From an uncultured delta proteobacterium (GTDB taxonomy: Bacteria > Myxococcota > Myxococcia > Myxococcales > Myxococcaceae): 64,000 nt of DNA. Both the position numbers and the translations under genes were made by a program. Below are positions 46,856 to 56,923 of this stretch, piece after piece. The number at the start of each line of letters is the position of its first letter. Positions within the stretch are counted from its first letter, which is position 1. Below the pieces are notes generated by a model. The model did no database searches. It was not told the origin of the DNA and saw only the letters and a program-made list of their open reading frames with translations. The DNA lies in the NCBI GenBank assembly GCA_963771175.1, contig CAVYSY010000022.1:1-64000 (forward strand), given 5' to 3'.

Positions 46856-46871
46856 TGGCACCCCGCATGCA
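46856..46871 (+). promoter_or_regulatory. Sigma54 -24/-12 promoter of the exoL-P operon
   Basis: TGGCAC-CCCGC-ATGCA with GG and GC exactly 12 bp apart, 50 bp upstream of ATG 46922. Confidence 0.75.
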
Positions 46872-46921
46872 AACGACCCAGGGCGAGGAGTCTGGGCGAC
46901 GGCACCTGGGAGGAAGCAACA

Positions 46922-48100
46922 ATGGATGGGCGGGGAATGGTGCGGAGGGCGATGAAATCCGTGGCGGCGGGGGTGCTTCATCACAGTGGCCTTCGCAAGG
47001 CGATGTCGACGTGGCAACGGCACCAGTCGGGTGGGCGGCGCATCCTCATCGTCAGTTATCACCGGGTCGTGAACGACTTCATGGGCGAGCTCCAGCGCTC
47101 CATTCCGGGCCTGCTCATCTCGCGGGAGACCTTTCGCCGGCACCTGGAGGAGCTCTCCGCCGCTGGCTACGACCTCGTCAGCCTCGGGGATGCCCTGGAC
47201 GTGATGGGCGGGCGCCGCGCGGCGAAGAAGGACCTGTGCGTCGTCTCCTTCGACGACGGTTACCGCGACGTGTACTGGCACGCCTACCCCATCCTCAAGG
47301 AGCTGGGGGTGCCGGCGATGATCTACCTGCCAGCGGAGCTCATCGGCACCGACCGGCGCTTCAACCATGATCGGCTCTTCCACCTGCTGCGGCTCGCGCG
47401 GGCCCGGGGTGACCAGCCGCGGTTCGACGTGCTGCCCGCGCCCACCGCGGAGCTGCTGGAGACCGTGCTCTCCGGCCGCATGCGGGTGTCGGCGGCGCTC
47501 GACGACTTCATCGGCCAGCACCCCACCACCACGCTCGTGGAGACGATCCACGCGCTGGAGGATCGGCTCGGCCCCGGTCCAGACCTCTTGCCCGAGCAGG
47601 GGGAACTGATGGGCTGGGACGAGGTGCGGCGCATGGTGAAGGATGGCTTCGAGTTCGGCGCGCACACCCTGGGCCACCTCGTGCTGACGCACGAGCCGCT
47701 CGACGTGGTGGAGCGAGAGGTTCGCGAGTCCAAGGCCATCATCGAGCGCGAGACCGGCCTCTCCGTGCGTGACTTCGCCTACTGCAATGGCTGGTACTCG
47801 GACGAGCTCATCGGCGTGCTGAAGCGCAACGGCTTCCGCTCGGCCGTCACCACCGAGGACATGCCCAACCGCATCGGTGGCGACCCGTTCACCCTCAAGC
47901 GCAAGGTGCTCTGGGAGAACTTCAGCCGGGGCCTGGGTGGCGAGTACTCGTCGTGCCTCACCGCGTGCCAGCTCGATGACTGCTTCGGGATGCTGGGCAT
48001 GCGCAGCCCCGTGCTGGGCCGGCGCCCGCAGCGGACAAGGGATTCGTCCACCACCGCCACCGTGAGCCGCACCGGCTCGCCGGCGGAGGTGACCTGGTGA
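46922..48100 (+). CDS. exoL: Polysaccharide deacetylase (spore-coat ExoL-like)
   Basis: SYHRV, SFDDGY, GAHTLGH, FAYCNG; gene order matches M. xanthus MXAN_3259-3263. Confidence 0.85.
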   Translation: MDGRGMVRRAMKSVAAGVLHHSGLRKAMSTWQRHQSGGRRILIVSYHRVVNDFMGELQRSIPGLLISRETFRRHLEELSAAGYDLVSLGDALDVMGGRRAAKKDLCVVSFDDGYRDVYWHAYPILKELGVPAMIYLPAELIGTDRRFNHDRLFHLLRLARARGDQPRFDVLPAPTAELLETVLSGRMRVSAALDDFIGQHPTTTLVETIHALEDRLGPGPDLLPEQGELMGWDEVRRMVKDGFEFGAHTLGHLVLTHEPLDVVEREVRESKAIIERETGLSVRDFAYCNGWYSDELIGVLKRNGFRSAVTTEDMPNRIGGDPFTLKRKVLWENFSRGLGGEYSSCLTACQLDDCFGMLGMRSPVLGRRPQRTRDSSTTATVSRTGSPAEVTW

Positions 48101-49617
48101 ACGGAAGCCCGGCGCGAGCCGCGCCCGCCGCTTCGTTCCTGGGGAAGGCGGGCCCCCTGGTCCTCGCCCGGCTGTTCACCGCCGGGCTCACGGTGTTCAT
48201 TCCCCTCGTCCTGGCGCGGGTGCTGAGCCTCGAGGAGTACGGCACCTACTACCAGCTCTTCCTCATCGCCACGACGCTCTACCATGTGCTGCCCTTCGGG
48301 GTGGTGCAGAGCCTCTACTACTTCCTGCCTCGCGCCGAGGAGAAGCGACCCTGGCTGGGCCAGACGTTGCTCTTCATGACTGGCGCGGGGCTGTTGGGCG
48401 CGGCGCTCGTGTGGGGGCTGCTCGGGCCCGTTGCGGGGCTGTTCGACAACCCGGCGCTGCTCGAGTACCGGGGCGCGCTCGCCGCCTATACCGGGCTGTG
48501 GCTCGGCTCCTTCCCGCTGGAGATCTCCCTCACCAGCCAGGGCCGGACGAAGCAGTCCGCGCTCGTGTACCTGGTGTCGGACGCGTTGCGCTCGGCGACC
48601 ATGGTGGTGCCGTGCCTGCTGGGCGCCGGGCTGCGGGGGATGATGCTGGCGGTGGTGGGCTTCGCCGCCCTGCGCTACGTGGCCACCTGGGCGGTGGTGC
48701 CGCGGGGGACCACCGGACCGCTGGTGCGCCCGGGGCTATGGCGCGAGCAGCTCGTCTACGCGGCGCCCTTCGGCGCGGCCATGTTGCTCGCCAATCCCCA
48801 GCAGAACGCCCACTTCTATGTGGTGGCGGGCTCGGTGGCTCCAGCCCTCTACGCCCTCTACCGCGTGGGCTGCTTCCAGCTCCCCGTGGTGGACCTGTTC
48901 TACACGCCCACCAGTGAGGTGCTCATGGTGCGCCTGGGCGAGCTGGAGAAGCAGGGGCGTCTGGAGGAGGGCGTGGGGGCCTTCCGCGAGGCCGCGGGCA
49001 GGCTGGCCTTCGCCTTCCTCCCCCTGGCCGCGTTCCTCTTCTCCGCCGCGCCCGAGTTCATCGGTGCGCTCTTCGGCACGAAGTTCCTCCCGGCCGTTCC
49101 CATCTTCCGGGTGAGCGTGCTGGGCGTGGTGCTCGCCATCCTTCCCATGGACGGCGTACTGCGCGCTCGCGGGCACACGCGGGCCATCCTTCTCTCGTAC
49201 CTGCTCAAGGCGGTGGTGACGGTGCCGCTCCTCTGGTGGGGCGTGCGCCAGTTCGGAACGCTGGGAGGGATCGGGTCCTGGGCCATCGCCGAGGTGGTGG
49301 GCAAGAGCGCGCTGCTCGCCCGCGTGCCGGCGGCGCTGTCCTCCCCGGCGCGGGCCCTGCGCATCCGGGACGTCATCCCCTGGCGCGAGCTGGGCAAGGC
49401 CTCGCTCGCGGCCGTGGCGGCGGCCGTGGCTGTCTTCCTGCTGCGCGCCAGCATGGTGCACGTCTGGGCCGGTCTTCCCGAGGGCATCCTCTGGAGGGCC
49501 CTGCCGCTCGCGCTCGCCGGCCTGCTGTTCCTCGTGGGTTACATGGGCGTCCTCCATGCCACCGGGGTGAGGCCGCTGAGCGTCCTCGCCAGTCCGCGTG
49601 CCCGCCGCGCCGGGTGA
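48097..49617 (+). CDS. exoM: Wzx-type polysaccharide flippase (ExoM-like)
   Basis: LARVLSLEEYG, many TM segments, GTGA overlap with the deacetylase gene. Confidence 0.85.
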   Translation: MNGSPARAAPAASFLGKAGPLVLARLFTAGLTVFIPLVLARVLSLEEYGTYYQLFLIATTLYHVLPFGVVQSLYYFLPRAEEKRPWLGQTLLFMTGAGLLGAALVWGLLGPVAGLFDNPALLEYRGALAAYTGLWLGSFPLEISLTSQGRTKQSALVYLVSDALRSATMVVPCLLGAGLRGMMLAVVGFAALRYVATWAVVPRGTTGPLVRPGLWREQLVYAAPFGAAMLLANPQQNAHFYVVAGSVAPALYALYRVGCFQLPVVDLFYTPTSEVLMVRLGELEKQGRLEEGVGAFREAAGRLAFAFLPLAAFLFSAAPEFIGALFGTKFLPAVPIFRVSVLGVVLAILPMDGVLRARGHTRAILLSYLLKAVVTVPLLWWGVRQFGTLGGIGSWAIAEVVGKSALLARVPAALSSPARALRIRDVIPWRELGKASLAAVAAAVAVFLLRASMVHVWAGLPEGILWRALPLALAGLLFLVGYMGVLHATGVRPLSVLASPRARRAG

Positions 49618-49726
49618 GCCCCCGAGCACATGTAGGTGATGGACGCTTGGGGGCCGGGGGGACTCCCGCCCTGGATGGCCGGTACCTAGCTTGGGGGTGC
49701 GAATCGACAGGGAGAGGAGCGGCGTG

Positions 49727-50258
49727 ATGGGCATCGATGCGATGATGCTGTACCGGATGGGCCGCGAGCTGTACCTGCGGGGCATCCCCGTGTTGCCTGC
49801 CGTGCTGCGCAAGGCCATCCACTGTCTGCATGGCTCGTACATCCCGTTCGAGGCGGAGATCGGCGAGGGCACGCAGCTCGGCTACGGCGGCATGGGCATC
49901 GTCATCCACAAGGACGCGAGGATCGGCCGGCACTGCCTGCATCTCCCACCAGGTGACCATTGGTGGACGCTCGGGGCTCAAGGAGCTGCCGGTGATCGGC
50001 GACTACGTGCGTATCGGCGCGGGCGCCAAGATTCTCGGCAATATCCACATTGGAGACTTCGCCGTGATCGGCGCCAACGCGGTGGTGGTGAAGGACGTGG
50101 CTCCCGGCGCGGTGGTGGGCGGCATCCCGGCCAGGGAGATCCGCAGGGATCCGGATCCGCTCGCCACCTACGAGCGCGAGATGGGGCTGTGCCCGCAACC
50201 GACGCGGCGCCCCGAGGTCGTCCAGTCCGTTTCGCCAGTGTCGTCCACCGCGCAGTAA
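49727..50258 (+). CDS. exoN: Serine O-acetyltransferase-like hexapeptide-repeat protein (ExoN-like; frameshift near 49940)
   Basis: [19 protein letters not shown]...IGANAVV, GIPA. Confidence 0.82.
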
Positions 50259-50270
50259 AGGGTGCCGAGC

Positions 50271-51330
50271 ATGCGAGTGCTCCTCGTCGGTGACCATCCA
50301 CCCCCGCACGGAGGTGTGGCGGTGCACGTCCAGCAGCTCCACGGGTACCTGCGTGACCATGGGGTGGAGGCGAGGGTGCTGGATATCGGGAAGGGTGGCC
50401 ATCCGGCTCCGGACGTCATCCCGGTGCGCACCCCGACTCAATACGGCACGCGGCTGGCGGGCTTCCTCCGTGAGGGGTGGACGGTCCACGTCCACACCAG
50501 CGGCAACAACCCGAAGTCCTGGATGCTCGCGGCCACCGCGGGCATCCGGGCGCGCGCGCCCCGTGTCATCACCCTGCACTCGGGGCTGCTGCCGGACTAC
50601 CTGGCCTCCTCGCTGTCGCGCCGGGCCTTCGCCCGGGTGGCCCTGGCCGGCTACTCGCGCGTGGTGGCCGTGTCCGAGGCGGTGCGCGAGGCGCTCCTCC
50701 GCTGCGGCACTCCCGAGGAGAAGCTCGTGGTGTACCCGGCCTTCTGCGGCTCGCAGGTGCGGCCGGGGCCGGTGACGCAGGCGGTGCAGGAGGCGCGGAT
50801 CCGCCGCAAGCCCCTGCTGGCCATGGCGCACCACCCGTCACCCGTCTATGGGCGCAAGCTGATGTTCCGCGCGCTGCGGATGATCGCGGACGAGCTGCCC
50901 GGGGTGGGGCTCGCCGTCTTCGGGCTCGGCACCCGCTCGGAGGAGTTCCTCCGCGATGCCCGGGAGTTCCAGGTGGAGGAGTTCCTCGATGACCTGGGCG
51001 AGCTGGAGCACCCGCGGGCGCTCGCGTTGATGGCGCGCTGCGATGCCTTCATCCGGCCCACCACGCACGATGGGGATGCCATCTCCGGTGCGCGAGGCGC
51101 TCGCGCTCGGCGTGCCGTGCGTGGCCAGCGACGTGTGCGCGCGGCCTCATGGGGCCTACACCTTCCGCGCCGGCAACGCGGTGGACCTGACGGACCAGGT
51201 GCACCATGCGCTCGAGCACGGACCCGCGCAGGTGGTGTCACCGGACGCCGGACCGGTGCTGCTGAAGCTGTACGGCGATCTGGCGCAACCCACGATTCTG
51301 GGAGGAGGCGAGACTCATGCGGCGCATTGA
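50271..51330 (+). CDS. exoO: GT4-type glycosyltransferase (ExoO-like; frameshift near 51085)
   Basis: PPPHGGV, VITLH, VAVSE, REALALGVPCVASD. Confidence 0.82.
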
Positions 51331-52531
51331 GGACCTGGAGCTGGCCCGCCGGGCGCTTCGAGGCAGGGACCTGGTGGTCTTCTCCAACGACTGGGATGGG
51401 GACCCGCTGTCCAAGGTCCACATCATGCGGATTCTCTCCAGGGACAACCGCGTCCTCTGGGTCAACAGCATCGGCAACCGCGCGCCGAAGGCCAATGCGC
51501 ACGACGTGAAGCGCATCTGGAACAAGCTGGCCGCGCTTCACCGAGGGCATCCGCGAGGTCGAGCCGAACCTCTTCGTGCTCGCGCCGCTGGCGATTCCCT
51601 TCTACGGCTCGGAGCTGGTGCGCGCGGCCAACCGCACGCCTGCTGCGGGCTGCAGGTGCTGCGGGCCATGCGGCAGCTCCACTTCAAGCGGCCCATCTCC
51701 TGGTCCTTCCTGCCGGCCTCGGCGCCGGTGTCCGGCACGCTGGGCGAGGAGTTCGTCGTCTACCACTGCGTGGACGAGTTCTCCGCCTTCAGCGACACCA
51801 ACGGCGCGCCACATCGCGCGAGATGGAGGAGCAGCTGCTGCGCCGGGCGGACCTCGTCATCACCTCGGCGGAGCGGCTGCGCGACAACAAGGTGAAGGTC
51901 AACCCGAACACGGTGCTGGTGCGCCACGGCGTGGACTTCGACCACTTCGTGAAGGCGTGCGACCCGGCCACGAAGATTCCCGAGGACATCGCGAACCTGC
52001 CCAGGCCCGTCTTCGGCTTCTTCGGGCTGGTGGCGGACTGGGTGGACCTGGAGGCGATCGCCGCGACGGCGCGGGCGCATCCCGAGGGCTCGGTGGTGGT
52101 GATCGGCAAGGTGGCGCCGGACGTGGACCACGTCGGCGCTGAGGGCCGAGCCCAACATCCACCTGCTGGGCCGCAAGCCGCTACGTGGAGCTGCCGGGCT
52201 ACTGCCGCGGCCTTCGACGTGGCGCTCATGCCCTTCAACGGTCGAACGAGCTCACGCTCAACGCCAACCCGCTGAAGGTGCGCGAGTACCTGGCCGCGGG
52301 CCTGCCGGTGGTGTCCACGGACATCCCCGAGGTGCGCAAGGTGGGCCTGTGCAAGGTGGCGCAGCGACACCGAGGACTTCGTCCGGAAGGTGGACGAGTG
52401 CCTCGCCGAGGGCGCCGGCCCGACCGCGAGCGCGCCGAGCCGCATCCGCCACGAGAGCTGGGAGGCCAAGGTCGAGGAGATCCGCCGGCTTCGTGGGCGA
52501 GGCCATGGTGAAGGCCGGACGCGGGTTGTAG
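51317..52531 (+). CDS. exoP: Glycosyltransferase (ExoP-like; multiple frameshifts)
   Basis: YHCVDE, HGVDFDHF, FDVALMPF, NPLKVREYLAAGLPVVST, ESWE. Confidence 0.82.
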
Positions 52532-52658
52532 ACAGACGGGAGCCCCGATTGCCTGGGAAGGAGATTGCTGCAGGACTCCTTCCTCCGGCATCCTTTGGCT
52601 CATGTCCGCTGAGAGAGACCTCATTGAGCCTGCGCGTTACATTTGCTTGAGCCGGACC

Positions 52659-53590
52659 ATGAGGGCTTGGCCCTTGGCGTGGGGGCTGCTGTTGGCGTGC
52701 GCCTGTGCAACGGACGGCGGCCAGCGGGAAGGCCGTGAGCCGGAGGTCGCGAATGCGCTTGCCTGTGAGTCGGTGCAGGGGCCCGCACGAGTGATGCTGG
52801 AGGCTCCTTCGGGCACCCTGGTGGCCCTACACTCGCTGACCCAGCGCGCGCCGGTGGAATTGCAGCCGGGCCCAGTTCGAGCAAGTCATGGCGCGATTGG
52901 TAGCCGAGCTGCCGGGTTCACCTGCGCCTTTCCTGATGCGGTTGGACCTGAGAATGGGCACCGCCGGGAGCACGGGCAGAGCAGCAAGGAGTGGTGCGCG
53001 ACTACCAGGACTGGTGCGTTCAAGGAGGGCGCGGCACTGACTGTCTGTCCCTACTGGGAGAGGATCTGTACCTCGACGAGGACGAGCGGACGGACATGGC
53101 ACTGATGCTCGCCTTGCGAGAATTTGTGGCCAGGGGTGGAGGCGGTGGTGAAGGCCTCGGTGGAGCCCGACCAGCTCCGGATGGCGGTATTCACCTCACT
53201 CTCCGTGTATCTGGGGCTGCTGCTACTCCCAGAGCCGACCTCGAAGCTGGTGGCAGTGTCGATGACAGGCGTGCTCCTGGCCTATCTGGGGGCGGAGACT
53301 TCTCAGGCCTCGTGGAGGGGTATAGGCAACTCAAGGCCGATGCACGGCGGGCACGCAGTTTCGGGGAGCTGAGGGCCGCCGGGGAGCGCTACGGCCGAAT
53401 CATTGGGGAGCGGGTGGGGCAGGTGCTGGTGATGGCGGCGACGGCGGTGGTGGGGTGGGGGAGCCACATGACGATTTATTCCTGGCACCACCATCAGGAC
53501 GTTGGCCGGATGCAGCTCATCACCGATAGTGCTCATGATCTTGCGAAGCCGCATACGGGCGGAATGGCCATCTGGGGTGGCGGGTATTGA
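52659..53590 (+). pseudogene. SitA-type lipoprotein toxin remnant ending in a WHH/HNH nuclease tail
   Basis: Lipobox-like LLACAC; WC...DCLSLL, LLLPEPTSK, AGERYG carrier motifs joined directly to YSWHHHQD.GRMQLI...H...PHTGG. Confidence 0.72.
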
Positions 53591-53609
53591 CGGTTTCATC
53601 GAGGGTTCA

Positions 53610-54057
53610 ATGATGGATATCCGCTGGGAGAGCTACGTCTGGAAGGAGCCACGTCCTGTTGATTCCTCCGAGGTCGAGCGGCTCGAAGCCTTGTGGCAGG
53701 TCTCGTTGCCTGGTGAATTCAGAGAAGGTTGTCGCAGCCCATCAGGGCATGGCTCCCGAGCCTTGTGTCTTCAGAGGTGGGCGAGAGGCGCCAATGTATT
53801 CAGCGTTCTCTTGACGGTGACCAGGGATGCTGAGCGCGCGAGCTACTCCATCCAGGATTCATACGACGTTCGCAGTCCGCTCCCATGTCCCTTTGGGGAT
53901 CTATCCGTTTGGGAAGACGCCGGGTGGAGAGTACCTTTGCTTTGACTACAGAGGTTCCGCCAATCCGCCCCGGGTGGTCCTGGTAACGGTCGGGATGTCT
54001 GTTATCCCTGTGGCCAGTAGCTTCCAGGAACTGCTGGAGGGGTTGCATGACGATTGA
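53610..54057 (+). CDS. SMI1/KNR4 (SUKH) family immunity protein (frameshifted)
   Basis: EVERLEALWQVSLPGEFR, PFGKTPGGEYLCFDYR, VASSFQELLE. Confidence 0.85.
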
Positions 54058-54231
54058 GGGCGAACGCATGAGCGCCAGGGGCCCTTCGGTTCATGTGGGC
54101 CGTGGAGCATCCGACGGAGCCCGGGCGCCGCGTGTCTCCTGCCCGTCATTCTCCTGGCGCGCGCTGGCTGCTCGGCGGCCCCATGCACAGATTCCCTGGC
54201 ACTCGACTCGGCGGAGGGGAGAAGCGGGCGC

Positions 54232-54780
54232 ATGGAGCGAAGCAGGTCAACGGCGAGGGTGTGGGGGCTCCTGCTGGGCGCGATGCTGATCGCGTGCGCG
54301 GCGGAGGCCCGGCAGGTGGCGGGTGTGCAGATGCCGGACTCGCTCACGCTGGCCGGGCGGCGCATCTCGCTGGCCCACATGGAGCTGAAGGAGAAGCTCT
54401 TCGTCAATGTCTACGTCTGGTCGCTCTACCTGGAGCAGCTACCCCGGCACGAGTCCGAGGCCATCGACACCAACTGCATCAAGCGGCTTCAATTCCGCTT
54501 CCTGCGCACGGTGCGGAAGGAGCAGCTCGTGGAGGCCTTCCGCGAAGGCCTCTCCACCAACTCCGCCATGCGGAGCCCTTCCATGCAGAAGAACCTGGAA
54601 CTGCTGCTCTCCTCGCTGCGGGACGTGGGCGAGGGCCAGGAGCTCGTCCTCACCTACGTTCCCGGCGGGGGGCTCCAGGTCTCCGGCGATGCCTCCGGTG
54701 GCCTCAGTATTCCAGGCAAGCCCTTCGCGGACGCGCTCTTCGCCTCCTGGCTGGAGATGCACCCCATCTTCCCCCGCTGA
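54232..54780 (+). CDS. Chalcone isomerase-like exported protein
   Basis: Signal peptide; VAGVQMPD, FVNVYV..LYL, FADALF..WL. Confidence 0.8.
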   Translation: MERSRSTARVWGLLLGAMLIACAAEARQVAGVQMPDSLTLAGRRISLAHMELKEKLFVNVYVWSLYLEQLPRHESEAIDTNCIKRLQFRFLRTVRKEQLVEAFREGLSTNSAMRSPSMQKNLELLLSSLRDVGEGQELVLTYVPGGGLQVSGDASGGLSIPGKPFADALFASWLEMHPIFPR

Positions 54781-54801
54781 GCCGGAGGGGGCGCGCCAGG
54801 T

Positions 54802-55536
54802 CTAGAGAATGCCGCCGGTGGGTCGGACGTTCTGTGCGCTCAACCACCGGGCATCGTTCGAGGCCAGGAAGCCAACGACGTCGGCGATGTCCTCGGGCTG
54901 TCCCAGCCGCCCCAGCGGCGTCATGGCGATCGTCCGAGCGAGCACCTCCTTCGACATGCTCAGGGCGTCCGTCTCGACGGCTCCGGGCGAGACGATGTTG
55001 ACCGTCACCTGCCGGGCCCCAAGCTCCTTGGCCAGCGCGAGGGCGAACAGCTCGGTGGCGGACTTGCTGCCCGAGTAGAGGCCCGCGCCCGGCACCGCCC
55101 GGGCCGTCCCCCCGGTCGAGACCAGGATGATGCGTCCGCCGTCGCGCACCCGCCTCGCCGCCTCCTGCAGCACGAAGAACGCGCCCCGGGTGTTCAGCGC
55201 GAACACCCGATCGAAGTCCTCCTCGGTGACCTCGAGCGTGGGCTTGAAGAGGCCAATCGCCGCGTTGACCACCACGATGTCGAGGTGCCCGAAGGTGCGC
55301 TCGGCTTCGTCGAAGAGCGCGCGGATGTCGGCGACCTTCGCCATGTCACCCCGCACGGCGATCGCTCGGCGGTCGAGCGTGGCGAGTGTCCGCACGACCT
55401 CCTCCGCCTTCTCCTGGTTGCTGGCGTAGTTGACGACCACGTTCGCGCCGTCCTTCGCGAGGCGCAGGGCAATGGCCCGGCCAATACCCCGCGATGCTCC
55501 CGTGATCAGCGCCGTCTTTCCCTTCAGCTGTCCCAT
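54802..55536 (-). CDS. SDR family oxidoreductase
   Basis: TGASRGIG, YSGSK, VSPGAVET, PLGRLG.PED. Confidence 0.95.
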   Translation of the reverse strand: MGQLKGKTALITGASRGIGRAIALRLAKDGANVVVNYASNQEKAEEVVRTLATLDRRAIAVRGDMAKVADIRALFDEAERTFGHLDIVVVNAAIGLFKPTLEVTEEDFDRVFALNTRGAFFVLQEAARRVRDGGRIILVSTGGTARAVPGAGLYSGSKSATELFALALAKELGARQVTVNIVSPGAVETDALSMSKEVLARTIAMTPLGRLGQPEDIADVVGFLASNDARWLSAQNVRPTGGIL

Positions 55537-55624
55537 GCCGCTTCTTTCTCGATGGAGGAAAAAGGCGGCATGCTACCCAGCGGCCCGGCCGCGCGGGGTC
55601 CGCCAACAGGCGGACCCCCTGGGA

Positions 55625-56131
55625 TTACGCGAGGAACCAGGAGATACGCGCGAGCGGAGTGGCGCTCCGGCGGCGCAACAGGCCCAGGCCCCGACGGCGG
55701 CTCACCCGCGGTAGCAGGGCCTGGTGGACGGACACCTTGCCGGGGCCCGCCAGCAGGAGCCCGAGTGCCGCGGCGATCAGGGACAGGTTGAACTCATACC
55801 CGCCCTTCTGGGCGTCGAAGCCCTTGGAGGCATGCACCTTCGCGATGGCCACGGTCTGCGTGACGATGATGGACAGGGCCGCCGCGCGGGTGCCGATGCC
55901 CAGGAGGTTGAGGGCACCGGCCAGGAGCTCGGTCCAGCCCGTCGCGAGCGCCCAGGGCCGTCCAGGCTTGATGCCGATGTTCTCGAAGAAGCCCGCCGTC
56001 TGCTCCACGCCCTCTTTCTTCAGCTTGGAGAGGCCGTGGTAGACCATCGTCGAGCCGAGCGTGGCCCGTAGGGGCAGTGTGGAGTGCTTCGCCAGAAGTC
56101 CGTTCAACGCCATCGTCCCTGCCACGGCCAT
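55625..56131 (-). CDS. DoxX family membrane protein
   Basis: LR..LG...HG..K, ELLAG, GGYEFNL, GPGKVS. Confidence 0.88.
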   Translation of the reverse strand: MAVAGTMALNGLLAKHSTLPLRATLGSTMVYHGLSKLKKEGVEQTAGFFENIGIKPGRPWALATGWTELLAGALNLLGIGTRAAALSIIVTQTVAIAKVHASKGFDAQKGGYEFNLSLIAAALGLLLAGPGKVSVHQALLPRVSRRRGLGLLRRRSATPLARISWFLA

Positions 56132-56332
56132 GGTGTCCCTCCCGGGAATGTTTGCTCCGGTCACCGTCCGCATTGAAGCCCCTGGCGGCAATCCAGCCCA
56201 GGCGGGTGGATGAGCGCTCGCGTGCCTCCTCGGCATGCCAGCTTGAAGGTGAATGCGAGGTTCGTGCCCGGAGGACTGGTGTGTCGAGGAGGGCGTCTCC
56301 ACCCTGGAAGAACTAGGGCTTCCCCTGTTTCC

Positions 56333-56761
56333 ATGGTGGACGAGGTGCAACTGGTCCACCCGCAGCGGCGCATCGACGTGGTGGCCCAGGGCGACGGCCG
56401 GGGAGAGTGGGATCCGGATCGCCTGGCTCAGGTGCTCACCAACCTCCTCTCCAACGCCCTGAGCTACAGCCCGCCCGACACGCCCGTGACGGTGCGCACG
56501 CGCGGCACCGAGAGCGAGCTGGTGCTGGAGGTACACAACAGGGGCGCGCCCATTCCCGCGGAGCAGCTGCCCCTGCTGTTCGAGCCCCTGGCGCGCGGCG
56601 CCTCGCAGCAGGACCGGATGGGCCGCAGCATCGGCCTGGGCCTCTTCATCGTCCGGCACATCGTGGAGGCGCACGGGGGCTCCATCACCGTGCGCTCGGA
56701 GGAGGAGGGGACGACCTTCACCGTCCACCTGCCTCGCCAGGGCGCTGGGAAACCCACCTGA
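56333..56761 (+). pseudogene. Orphan HATPase_c domain (truncated histidine kinase)
   Basis: DPDRLAQVLTNLLSNA, N.G.PI, LFEP, GLGLFIV..I...HGG; no upstream HisKA H-box seen. Confidence 0.75.
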
Positions 56762-56815
56762 AACCCGCCCACACTCAACCCCGCGCGGCGCTCGCCTGCC
56801 TGGTGCATCCAGTGC

Positions 56816-56867
56816 TTGACATCTCCCCCCACCCCCGGATTAGTTAGTTTGCGGTCACTAACTTATC
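56816..56867 (+). promoter_or_regulatory. Sigma70-type -35 box and overlapping operator palindrome of the RND operon
   Basis: TTGACA at 56816-56821; GATTAGTTAGT-N8-ACTAACTTATC inverted repeat at 56838-56867. Confidence 0.7.
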
Positions 56868-56923
56868 TCGGGCCTGGGAAATCCCCCCTCTTGGAGGGAA
56901 CTCAGGCGCACGGGAGCACGGGT

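Noticed and set aside
46370..46921. Long N-terminal extension of the deacetylase ORF (576 aa)
   Set aside because: Overlaps ccmA and contains the sigma54 promoter; the start is probably 46922 or slightly later
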